DNA of 27,713 nucleotides, taken from the NCBI GenBank assembly GCA_049509455.1, contig JBEKZX010000016.1:1-27713 (forward strand), written 5' to 3'. Positions 8,501 to 16,993 of this stretch are shown one piece after another. The notes beneath the pieces were generated by a model. That model saw only the letters and a program-made list of their open reading frames with translations. It was not told the origin of the DNA and ran no database searches. Within the stretch, counting starts at the first letter, position 1; each line of letters starts with the position of its first letter. This DNA is from Conexivisphaerales archaeon (GTDB lineage Archaea; Thermoproteota; Nitrososphaeria; Conexivisphaerales; DTJL01). The position numbers and the translations under genes are program-made.

Positions 8501-8911
8501 TCAGTTGCCCGGCTTGACTTCCTTTGGCTCTTCGACGCTCGTAGCGACCTTCTTCGATTCGTTTGGTGTATTCTTCATTCGTGCTTCAATTGCCGCCTTA
8601 GCCTTCCCGGTCGCCTTTGCCGCCTTCTCTTCAAGGGCTTGGACTTTCCCCTTGATCTTCTTCTCTTCGCGTTTGGCGCCTGCAGCCGCTTTCAGCGCTT
8701 CCAGCTCGGCCTGCATCTTCTTATGCAGGTTGTCTATCTCGTCCTTGAGCTTGACTCTCTGCTCAGTTCGCAAGTGCGCCAGCTCTGTTTTCAAGCTAGC
8801 AACTTCCGTCTTCAGAGCCAACTCTGTTTTCAAGCTGGCAATTTCCGTCTTTAGAGCTGCCAGCTCCTTAGCGAGTTCTTTCTTTGTCATCTTCTTAGTC
8901 TTTTGTGCCAT
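8501..8911 (-). CDS. Lys/Ala/Glu-rich coiled-coil protein of unknown function
   Basis: MAQKTKKMTKKELAKELAALKTEIASLKTELALKTEVASLKTEL heptads and a KAAKATGKAKAA tail. Start placed at ATG 8911. Confidence 0.75.
   Translation of the reverse strand: MAQKTKKMTKKELAKELAALKTEIASLKTELALKTEVASLKTELAHLRTEQRVKLKDEIDNLHKKMQAELEALKAAAGAKREEKKIKGKVQALEEKAAKATGKAKAAIEARMKNTPNESKKVATSVEEPKEVKPGN
8780..8857. repeat. 39-bp tandem duplication (2 copies) within the coiled-coil gene
   Basis: cagctctgttttcaagctagcaacttccgtcttcagagc / caactctgttttcaagctggcaatttccgtctttagagc, encoding ALKTE(I/V)ASLKTEL twice. Confidence 0.9.
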
Positions 8912-9196
8912 TATGCTACCACACACTTAATGACGTCGATGGGGTATTTGAACAAGACGTGTATACTGTGGTCCGAATGAACAGCCTGCAACCTTGAAAT
9001 GAAAAGTCTATGTGTTTCTTGCACGGAATTCCAACAAGATGATAGCGAGCCATCCTTTCCTGGCGGAACAGGCATCAAGAACCGTGACGTCGAGCGGCAG
9101 CTGAATGCAGTCTACTACCACCGGCATCCGTAACCCCTGGTCCTAGAGGTCGGCCAATCCCGAGAAGGGGACTGTCTCTTGTAACATCTAGTGAGG

Positions 9197-9226
9197 CCAA
9201 GCAGGAACCGAGCGATGACTGCTTGG
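9197..9226 (-). terminator. Inverted repeat downstream of the ppx-kinase operon (possible terminator or processing hairpin)
   Basis: CCAAGCAG (9197-9204) and CTGCTTGG (9219-9226) form a perfect 8-bp stem about 20 nt after the stop at 9248. No U-tract. Confidence 0.3.
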
Positions 9227-9247
9227 GCTAGGTCACTGTCCAGCTTT

Positions 9248-9973
9248 TCACTGCTGTTGGTCGAGGTAGTCGTCAATCATCCTCTGCAGGTCCGCGTTGA
9301 CTTCATTCACGCTTCTGTTGCCGTCTACCCTGATCAGCTTGTACTTCTTCTCCATGGAGGCGAACTCCCTAACCATGAGCCTTTGGTACTTGATGAATGA
9401 ATCGTAGAGGTCGTCGGAAAGCCCCATGTCGGCCCCCGACTCGTAGTAGTCGAGGGTTCCGTCCTTCTTGAAGGCCCTGTCGAAAAGCTCGACGGGCTCC
9501 ACATCGAGACAGAAGGCCAAGTCTGGCTTCAGGGCGAAGCCGAAGAGGTCATGGGACCACTTCCTGCTTATCCCCCTGACTACACTCCTGGCTATCAGCG
9601 TATAGATGTAACGGTCGGCTAGGACCAACTGTCCAGCGTGAAGCGCGGGGAGGATCTTGTGCTCAAGCTGGTCGGCGAAGTCGGCGGCATAGAAGAGGGT
9701 CAGGGTCTTCTTTCCCAACGGCAGCCTCTGCTTGGCGGTGAGTATCCCCGCCCCAATGAGTTCGGACCTCTTCAGCCCCGTTGTCACAACGGCATGTCCC
9801 GCCGTCTCCAGCTTGCTCATTATGAGGTTCGTCTGCACGCTCCTTCCGGCAGCGTCGGGCCCCTCGATGACGATGAGCCTGCCCTTTACCTCCGCCTTAT
9901 TCAAGTTGGGGAGGCCCTCTCCGTAGTACTCGATAAGCTTCGGCCGAATGTTGCGCGCTGGCCTACTGAGCAA
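9248..9973 (-). CDS. Thymidylate-kinase-fold protein with degenerate P-loop; probable regulatory subunit of heteromeric PPK3
   Basis: EGPDAAGRSVQ replaces EGxDGxGKTTQ; DRY motif retained; second gene of a tandem pair downstream of ppx; overlaps its partner by 11 nt. Confidence 0.8.
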   Translation of the reverse strand: MLSRPARNIRPKLIEYYGEGLPNLNKAEVKGRLIVIEGPDAAGRSVQTNLIMSKLETAGHAVVTTGLKRSELIGAGILTAKQRLPLGKKTLTLFYAADFADQLEHKILPALHAGQLVLADRYIYTLIARSVVRGISRKWSHDLFGFALKPDLAFCLDVEPVELFDRAFKKDGTLDYYESGADMGLSDDLYDSFIKYQRLMVREFASMEKKYKLIRVDGNRSVNEVNADLQRMIDDYLDQQQ

Positions 9974-10667
9974 GGCCCTTCTCCTCCTGGACGCCGACTT
10001 CGGGGGATATCATCATTTTGACCTTATCGCGGACGAAGTTCTGCTGAGTCTCTATGTCCTGGGTCCCATCAACCACAGTGAAACCCTCCCGCAGCACCAT
10101 CCCTTCGTACTGCTGGGTGATTCTCCCCTGAAATATCCTGTAGCTTTCATAAATGTCGTTGCTGAGGTTGAGGTCCATGCCAGATTCGTAATGCTTGAGT
10201 TTGGGCCTCCCTTCGAGGATTCTGTCCACTGCCACGTCCACTGGGACCCTAAAGTAGAATGCGATATCGGGCCTGGCCGGGAAGCTGTACACCTTCCTGA
10301 CCCAGTCGGGGGAGCATCCCCGGACCACGTCCCTCGCATAGGCCGTGTAGACGTACCTGTCGGCGAGCACAAAGTAGCCGGCCCTCAGAAGCGGGAAGAT
10401 GTTCCTCTCGTAACGGTCGGCAAAGTCCGTGGCGTGGAGGAGGCTAAATGTGGTCGGCGTCAGCAGTCCCTTCTTCTTACCCTGGGAGGTGATCTCCTTC
10501 ACGACCTCCGAAGAGTTCCATTCCGTGCGGAAGACCCGAAGGCCTAGGCTAGTGAGCCACTTCTCCAGGAGGTGGAGCTGTGTGGTCTTCCCTGATCCGT
10601 CAATCCCCTCTCCGACGATCAGCCGCCCTTTGACCGGCAACCTGTGACTGCTCGTGCTCGTGATCAT
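9963..10667 (-). CDS. Thymidylate-kinase-fold protein with intact P-loop; probable catalytic subunit of heteromeric PPK3
   Basis: EGIDGSGKTTQ and LADRYVYT; ATGA overlap with the ppx stop. Gene order ppx-kinase-kinase matches the Sulfolobus PPK3 locus as I recall it. Confidence 0.82.
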   Translation of the reverse strand: MITSTSSHRLPVKGRLIVGEGIDGSGKTTQLHLLEKWLTSLGLRVFRTEWNSSEVVKEITSQGKKKGLLTPTTFSLLHATDFADRYERNIFPLLRAGYFVLADRYVYTAYARDVVRGCSPDWVRKVYSFPARPDIAFYFRVPVDVAVDRILEGRPKLKHYESGMDLNLSNDIYESYRIFQGRITQQYEGMVLREGFTVVDGTQDIETQQNFVRDKVKMMISPEVGVQEEKGLAQ

Positions 10668-12196
10668 CTCTCCTTGCTAAAACTGGGATCTCGGGCTTTC
10701 CGGCCTTTCGAGGGCTCAGGAGCTTCCCTCTTCACCTTGACCGCGACCTTCAATCCGAAACCACCTTCAAGGGTCTTGACGGCTTCTTCAAACTGCCGCC
10801 GGGGGAAGCCCCTCTCGAGGGGGATCACCTCCAGCGTGATCTCGTTCTTGCCTAGGCGCGCGGTGACGTCACAATGGGTCCTTTCGAGCAATTCTATGAT
10901 GGTCGTGCAGTAGGCCAGTCCCTTTATGGCTTCCCTGCCTTCCACATCTAGTATCGACTTGTACCTCGCGAAGAACCAGTCAGCCACCCTGGGCTTCCTT
11001 GTCCTTACGAGAGCGATGGAGGCAGCGAGCTGGAGGGAGTGGCTGAGAGGGCTGTTCTCATACATCGATGCGTAGAATAGGGTGAAGGGGTCTAGGCAGG
11101 AGCTTTCACCCGTGGCCAGCCTGACCGCATGAACCAGCGCGGGAACATGCTCCTCTTTTATGAGGCCGGCACCTTCGAAGGCCTCCAATAGGGGGCGTGA
11201 ATAGCGGAGGAGGTTCCTCCAGGCGGGAGGCTTGGCCAACTCGGCAACATGCGCCTCCCTCATCGACCTCTTCGAATAGACATAGGGGTCGTCGAGAAAC
11301 GCCTTGAGGACGCCGTCCCTGAGGCCGTGGGTGCTCGCGTGGAGGTCGTCGATGGACAGGCTTTCCATCAACGACTTGCAGACAAGGGCCCCTGCAACGA
11401 TGGTTTCAGCGCGGCCGCCGCCGATGGGTTCAATCTCGGCTATCTCGACGGCGGGCAGCTTCTGAAGCCTTTCGAACATCGATTCCACAGCCGCCCTCTT
11501 TAGAACGTAATTGTGGACCTTATAGAACGGGTACTTCCTCAGCTCCTGATCATAGCGAGCCAGGGCCCGAACCGTTCCACCGACGCCGGCGAGAGCCGCT
11601 CCGCCCTCGATCTCGAGTTCTCTCCTGTTGGGGAGGAGTTTCAGGACCTCCCGCTCCATTCCTTTCAGTTTCCTCCTTGAGTATCCCCCCCGAGAGTCCG
11701 CGAAGGACTGAGTCAGCTTCAGAGCTCCAATCGGGAGGCTCATCACCTTGACCAGCTTAGCCTTCCTTGTAGCGGTGATTTCTAGGCTCCCACCGCCTAG
11801 GTCGAAGAAGACGGAGGAGGAAAGGTTCATCGCTTCCGCGGCACCTAGGAAGGAGAAGAGCGCCTCCTCCTTCCCCGAAAGGACCCTGAAAGCAAAGCCC
11901 GTCTCCTTATTCGCCCGCTTGACGAACTCCATGCCGTTCTTCGCTTCTCTGACGGGGCTGGTTGCGATGGGCAGCACACGGTCCAGGCCTTCCGTATTCA
12001 CTATCTCCTTGTAGAGGCGAAGGGTCTCAATGGTGCGATGCATGGGGTCCTCTCCCAGCCTTCCGGTCGTGTTCAGCCCTTCACCCAGCTTCGCCATCGC
12101 GCCGTACTGATCATACGCTTCAAAGGAACCGCTGTCGGTGACTCGATAGATCACCATCTTCAGAGAGTTAAAGCCGAGATCGATGACGGCGACCTT
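10664..12196 (-). CDS. ppx: Ppx/GppA exopolyphosphatase (start codon anomalous)
   Basis: KVAVIDLGFNSLKMVIY lies in frame upstream of ATG 12157; also RVLSGKEEALFS, FFDLGGGSLEI, GVGGTVRAL, RAETIVAGA, GLRDG. No in-frame ATG/GTG/TTG before the first motif. Confidence 0.92.
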   Translation of the reverse strand, partial: KVAVIDLGFNSLKMVIYRVTDSGSFEAYDQYGAMAKLGEGLNTTGRLGEDPMHRTIETLRLYKEIVNTEGLDRVLPIATSPVREAKNGMEFVKRANKETGFAFRVLSGKEEALFSFLGAAEAMNLSSSVFFDLGGGSLEITATRKAKLVKVMSLPIGALKLTQSFADSRGGYSRRKLKGMEREVLKLLPNRRELEIEGGAALAGVGGTVRALARYDQELRKYPFYKVHNYVLKRAAVESMFERLQKLPAVEIAEIEPIGGGRAETIVAGALVCKSLMESLSIDDLHASTHGLRDGVLKAFLDDPYVYSKRSMREAHVAELAKPPAWRNLLRYSRPLLEAFEGAGLIKEEHVPALVHAVRLATGESSCLDPFTLFYASMYENSPLSHSLQLAASIALVRTRKPRVADWFFARYKSILDVEGREAIKGLAYCTTIIELLERTHCDVTARLGKNEITLEVIPLERGFPRRQFEEAVKTLEGGFGLKVAVKVKREAPEPSKGRKARDPSFSKER

Positions 12197-12243
12197 CGAT
12201 GCACTTCACCACGCGAGAGCCAGGACAGCGGTCAGGAGAACCC

Positions 12244-12735
12244 TTACCTAAGCCTCTTGATGATTCTGGGGCTCAGGAGCCACCGCAGCTCGCCCGTCAT
12301 CTTGGGAGTGAAGGAAGTCACGGAGATGCGAGCCAGCCCAGACTTCTTGAGCAGGATCTTCGCTTCAGGCCCCGCCCCAACCGCCTCTGCCACGAACGAA
12401 GAAAGAAATGGCTCGTGGCCGACAAGAAGAACGGAGGAGTCACGCCTGATCCTCGAAAGCTTCTTCACCAGGTCCTCCCTGTTCGCCTCGGGCTTGAGCT
12501 CCGCCCACTCTTCGACTTCGACCTTGAATGTCTTCCCGGCTATCTCGGCCGTCTCCTTCGACCTCTTCAGGGGGCTAGTGGCTATCCTGTCTAACTTGAG
12601 GCCCAAGGCGTCTAGCCTCCCGCAAACCTCCCCCACCTCCTTCCTGCCTGTGGAGGTCAAGGGACGCTCGGCGTCCAATCCTCCCATTGGAAGCGTCTTG
12701 CCGGCCTCCCCGTGCCTAAGAATGTAGATGTCCAC
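12244..12735 (-). CDS. sixA: SixA-like phosphohistidine phosphatase (histidine phosphatase superfamily)
   Basis: LRHGEA, RPLTSTGR, TSPLKRSKETA, LLVGHEP, LKKSG; GTG start. Confidence 0.9.
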   Translation of the reverse strand: MDIYILRHGEAGKTLPMGGLDAERPLTSTGRKEVGEVCGRLDALGLKLDRIATSPLKRSKETAEIAGKTFKVEVEEWAELKPEANREDLVKKLSRIRRDSSVLLVGHEPFLSSFVAEAVGAGPEAKILLKKSGLARISVTSFTPKMTGELRWLLSPRIIKRLR

Positions 12736-12756
12736 GGAACTTCGCTCGTTTCGCCG

Positions 12757-12764
12757 TTATATCA
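12757..12764 (-). promoter_or_regulatory. TATA box of the sixA-ppx-kinase operon
   Basis: TGATATAA on the minus strand, 22 nt upstream of the sixA GTG. Confidence 0.5.
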
Positions 12765-12894
12765 GTGTATTGTGACTCCAGAAAGCGCTCCCGAATGTTT
12801 TTCCCCAGTTTTCGAGGAATCGGATTTGGAACGAGCAAGTGGTGCTCGACGAAGCAAGCCGAGGAGATACAGGGCATCTCCCAGATGGCAGGGA

Positions 12895-15444
12895 TTAGAA
12901 TTTCACTCGACTGTAGAAAATCCTCTTGGCCACTTCGCCTGAGACAATATAGAGTAGCACGATCACCGCCATCGCCAACATAAACGAAACGGGGGGCGGG
13001 CTAAATCCGAACAAGCCTCCTAGAAGAGTGTAGGGAAGGATAAGGGAGACGCCGACAGTCGCTATAGTAGCTACCACTAATTGCCTCCCCGGAACACTCT
13101 TGAAGAAGGGACGCCGGCTCCGGATGACCATTACAACTAGAGTCGCTGAGACGACCGACTCCACAAACCAGCCGGTTCTAAATAGGACGGTCGACGAACG
13201 CAGGACAAGCAACAGCATTCCAAAGGTGAGATAGTCAAACACCGAACTTAGGATGCCGAACGTTATCATGAAATTGCGAATGAATTTGACGTTCCACCGT
13301 CGAGGCTGTTCGACCATTTCACTATCCACATTGTCTGTGCCGATGGTCATCTCTGGGAAATCTGTCATTAGATTGGTAAGCAGTATCTGCGTGGGCAGGA
13401 GCGGGAGAAAGGGGAGGAAGAGGGATGCACCTGCCATGCTGAACATGTTTCCGAAATTGGCGCTGGTCGCCATGAATACATACTTGAGGGTGTTGGTGAA
13501 GGTTCTTCTTCCTTCCTTTACTCCTTGGACAAGCACGCTCAGGTCTTTTTCACGCAGAACGATGGATGCCGATTCTTTCGCGACATCCACGGCGCTCTCA
13601 ACTGAGATCCCGACGTCAGCAGCATGGAGAGCTGAGGCATCGTTGATTCCATCTCCCATGTACCCTACAACATTCCCGGCCTTCTTGAGCGCGAGAATGA
13701 TGCGTTCCTTCTGGTTTGGCTCCACCTCCGCGAATATGTCAGTCTGATTCACGCTTGCGAGCAGCGCCTCGTCACTCATCTTAAGGAGGTCCGGACCCGC
13801 AACGACTCTTGGAGCTGGGAATCCGACCTGCTGAGCAAGGACACCTGCGACCAGTCGGTTGTCTCCTGTCACGATCTTCAGTGAGATTCCGAGATGTTTC
13901 ATCTCGCCAATGGTCTCGGCGATGTTTGGCTTGACAGGGTCGAAGAGGAGAAGGAATCCCAAGAAGGTCATTCCGACTTCACTATCTTTCGTAATGAGTT
14001 TCTCAGTTCCAGTGGACTTGTAAGCGACCCCCAGAACTCGAAGGCCTTTGGCGCTGAACTCTTCAAAGCGTTGTTGAACCTGCTTTCGCGCCTCCGCGAT
14101 TTCAACGATGGTACCCTCGGAAGTTTCAACCGAGGAGCAGGCATCAAGCACATTCTGCAGAGCACCTTTCGTCACCATCAGGCCCTCTCCGTCCTTTGAC
14201 ACCAAGATGCTCAACCGCTTACGAATGAAATCATACGGGACCTCGTCCAGCTTCCGGTAAGCGGACACATCAAAATGATGAGCCTGAATCGCTTCGTCAG
14301 TCCGAATCGCTTCGTCTATGGGATTGGTGAATCCAGTCTGGTAATAAGCGTTGAGAAAAGCGTAGAGAAGCACCTTTTCGCTTTCCTTTCCCTCAACGTC
14401 AAGCATGGACTGTATCTTTACCACGCCCTCTGTCAGGGTGCCAGTCTTGTCGGAGCAGAGCACGTTCATGCTGCCAAAATTCTCAATGGATTCCAACCGT
14501 TTGACTATGACTTTCTGCTGCGCCATCTTTTTCGCTCCCTGAGCAAGGTTGATGCTGATAATCGCCGGGAGCAGTTGCGGAGTCAATCCCACAGCGAGAG
14601 CTAATGAAAAGAGAAGAGATTCCAGCACCGGACGCGCAAGATACACATTTATGGCGAAAGTGACAACCACTAGTAGCATCGTAACTTCCACAAGAAGATA
14701 CCCGAACCGCCGGACGCCATGCTCAAACTCGGTTTCGGGTGGCTTTAGTTTCAACCGCTCGGAGACTTTGCCGAACTCGGTTCTTGATCCGGTCCCAATA
14801 ACCACTGCCTGTGCGCTGCCACTGACTACGTTTGTGCCCATGAAGAGACTGTTTGTCCGCTGACTGAGCGCTGTTTCAGGCGGTAGAACTCCGGCCGTTT
14901 TCTCAGCTGGATAAGTTTCTCCAGTCAAAGATGCTTCATTGACGAAGAGGTCTTTGGATTCTATAATCAAAGAATCTCCGGGGATAAGGTCTCCAGCGTT
15001 GAGGATGACAACGTCTCCAGGCACGATCCCCTCGACCGGGATCTCCTTTTGACTTCCATCGCGAAGTACGGTCGCCTTGGTCTGCACGATCGCGAGCAAC
15101 TTCTCGACAGCTTTGTTGGCGCCTCGCTCCTGCGAGAACCCGAGGAGGCTGCTTACCAGGATGATGACCAGGATGATGACCGCGTCCACGTGATCACCAA
15201 GGAAGAATGACAACCCCCCTGCGAAGATCAGGATGAGGATGACCGGGCTCTTGAACTGGGCGAGCAGAAGTGTGGGGGTATCCGATCTCTTCTTCGGCGT
15301 CAGAAGGTTCGGGCCATACTGCTTGAGCCGTTTTCCCGCTTCATCGTCAGTTAGGCCTTTCGATGATGTCTGTAGACGCTGAAATACATTTGGAGTGGGG
15401 ACGCTCCAGAAGGATTGCTCACTTTGGCTATCTTGGTCGCTCAC
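12895..15444 (-). CDS. mgtA: Magnesium-translocating P-type ATPase (MgtA/P3B-like)
   Basis: Phosphorylation motif CSDKTGTLT, TGET actuator variant, PYDFIRKRLS, TKGA, TGDN, MGDGINDASAL, SANFGNMFS; about 10 TM helices. Cation specificity is inferred from family only. Confidence 0.88.
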   Translation of the reverse strand: MSDQDSQSEQSFWSVPTPNVFQRLQTSSKGLTDDEAGKRLKQYGPNLLTPKKRSDTPTLLLAQFKSPVILILIFAGGLSFFLGDHVDAVIILVIILVSSLLGFSQERGANKAVEKLLAIVQTKATVLRDGSQKEIPVEGIVPGDVVILNAGDLIPGDSLIIESKDLFVNEASLTGETYPAEKTAGVLPPETALSQRTNSLFMGTNVVSGSAQAVVIGTGSRTEFGKVSERLKLKPPETEFEHGVRRFGYLLVEVTMLLVVVTFAINVYLARPVLESLLFSLALAVGLTPQLLPAIISINLAQGAKKMAQQKVIVKRLESIENFGSMNVLCSDKTGTLTEGVVKIQSMLDVEGKESEKVLLYAFLNAYYQTGFTNPIDEAIRTDEAIQAHHFDVSAYRKLDEVPYDFIRKRLSILVSKDGEGLMVTKGALQNVLDACSSVETSEGTIVEIAEARKQVQQRFEEFSAKGLRVLGVAYKSTGTEKLITKDSEVGMTFLGFLLLFDPVKPNIAETIGEMKHLGISLKIVTGDNRLVAGVLAQQVGFPAPRVVAGPDLLKMSDEALLASVNQTDIFAEVEPNQKERIILALKKAGNVVGYMGDGINDASALHAADVGISVESAVDVAKESASIVLREKDLSVLVQGVKEGRRTFTNTLKYVFMATSANFGNMFSMAGASLFLPFLPLLPTQILLTNLMTDFPEMTIGTDNVDSEMVEQPRRWNVKFIRNFMITFGILSSVFDYLTFGMLLLVLRSSTVLFRTGWFVESVVSATLVVMVIRSRRPFFKSVPGRQLVVATIATVGVSLILPYTLLGGLFGFSPPPVSFMLAMAVIVLLYIVSGEVAKRIFYSRVKF

Positions 15445-15851
15445 GGAAATCGCCAGGGAACTGCTCCCTCATCTTTCTTGAGGGAATGGAGAAAGCGGGT
15501 CTATAAACAGAGTGGTTGCTCGTCCTGGTACGTCTTGGCAAGGGAGAGGCCAAAACGGGCTCAGGTGACTCATCGTGTGGTTCGTCTCTTCGGTAACTGT
15601 CGTCGGACAAGAGGATGAAATGACGTCCTGCATCATATCAGCATGGAATTAGGCCACGCCATGCCACCACCCGCTAAGACGACCTTCGGCAGAATGCTAA
15701 TCCAAAAGGCCAGCCCGTCCCACCGAGGATAAAGCTCGGGGTGACAGGCGCGCCATTAACGTTGACCGCGCCCGAATCAGGGAGGAAGAAGCCTTAGGAT
15801 CCTTGGGTCTCGTACGAGTAGGGCCCTTCTTCTTCATTTAGACCACGAGCT

Positions 15852-16274
15852 CTAGTTCTGTTGCCCACCGATCGTCGATTGGTGTCCGCTGCCTCCGGGC
15901 TCTTCCTTGGGCTTGGGCTTCTTGATGACAAATTTGACCTTCGCGTCCACTATGGAGTAAAGTTGGGACTGGGACAGCCTCAGCTGATAGGCCCCAGCAA
16001 CATCAACGGGGTACACGAAGTGCAGCTTAGAAGCCGGCGGAGGACTCAGGACGGGCTCATGAACCGCGCCGCTCGCATCCTTCCTGAAGAGGTGCGCGAT
16101 TACTTTCACCATCGACGAGACCGACACCTCCAGGACTGTCCCGGGCTGAAGCTCCTCCGGCACCCTCATAATATAGGAGGAATGCCAGGCTGGCGGACCA
16201 GGCGGCATCACTTGCATCAGTTTCACCGACTGCTCGTATGCTACTTCCTCGTACTCGTCTGCAGCTTCGGACAA
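15852..16274 (-). CDS. Hypothetical beta-rich soluble protein
   Basis: 140-aa ORF starting 15 nt after the upstream gene; alternating beta-strand pattern; no motif recognised. Confidence 0.65.
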   Translation of the reverse strand: MSEAADEYEEVAYEQSVKLMQVMPPGPPAWHSSYIMRVPEELQPGTVLEVSVSSMVKVIAHLFRKDASGAVHEPVLSPPPASKLHFVYPVDVAGAYQLRLSQSQLYSIVDAKVKFVIKKPKPKEEPGGSGHQSTIGGQQN

Positions 16275-16288
16275 TGACCCTGACCCCT

Positions 16289-16993
16289 TTACACCCCGTC
16301 GGGCTTGTGAGGAATATTAGCCTTTCGACGGCCCTCCCTGCGCTCCACGTAAGCGAGCGAAACTACCAGAAGAACCACCACTAAGGAAATGGCGACTCCG
16401 ATGGAGAGCCAATTGGTCGTGTTCCGCGTCGATACGGGTGCCTGTGTGGCACTAGACGTGTTGCTACCGCTGGAGGGGGTAGTGGAGGTCGCAGGGGCGG
16501 TACTGCTCGCCGGAACGGTGGAGGTTGAAGACGTCGTCTCGTTGCCTGGTTCGGTTTTGGGCGTGTAGGTCACGACGAATGTGACGGCATTGCTCATCAC
16601 CGCCGTCGTGTTCACGAGAAGCGCGCTGGCGCGGAACTGGCCGTCCATGGGCATGTACAATTCGTATGAGAATTCCCCGGTTTCGTTGGATTGCAACCTG
16701 AAGTTCTCCCAGCTGCCGTCGGGCCAGGTGATGGTGAGGAGGATGCCTGCCACAAACGGGGGTGTCAAGACGCCTTCGAAGATGATCGTGTCGCCGACGT
16801 GAACGGCGGTGCTGTTGATGCCAAGCAGAAGGGTTTCGTTCGGGGGCTGAGCCTGCTCAGGGTCGGCGATTTCGGCCTGGGCAACCTGGGCGCGTGTGGC
16901 GCCGAGGTTCGACGTTAAGGGGGTCGGGGCAAGGATGCCCCCGATCAGTAAGAAGGCGCTAACCAACGCCAAATATCGATAGAAGGTATGCAA
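16289..16993 (-). CDS. Exported surface protein: signal/TM, Ig-like domain, Ser/Thr-rich linker, C-terminal TM anchor with basic tail
   Basis: N-terminal hydrophobic stretch, VHVGDTIIFEGVLTPP...TITWPDG...GEFSY Ig-like pattern, TTSSTSTVPASSTAPATSTT linker, WLSIGVAISLVVVLLVVSLAY then RREGRRK. Confidence 0.8.
   Translation of the reverse strand: MHTFYRYLALVSAFLLIGGILAPTPLTSNLGATRAQVAQAEIADPEQAQPPNETLLLGINSTAVHVGDTIIFEGVLTPPFVAGILLTITWPDGSWENFRLQSNETGEFSYELYMPMDGQFRASALLVNTTAVMSNAVTFVVTYTPKTEPGNETTSSTSTVPASSTAPATSTTPSSGSNTSSATQAPVSTRNTTNWLSIGVAISLVVVLLVVSLAYVERREGRRKANIPHKPDGV

Noticed and set aside
9248-10667. Annotation as two thymidylate kinases
   Set aside because: Tandem duplication, loss of the P-loop Lys in one copy and coupling to ppx fit PPK3 better.
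12206-12245. Stop-codon read-through or selenocysteine at the TGA upstream of ppx
   Set aside because: Even with read-through, the frame reaches another stop near the sixA end with no ATG/GTG/TTG start.
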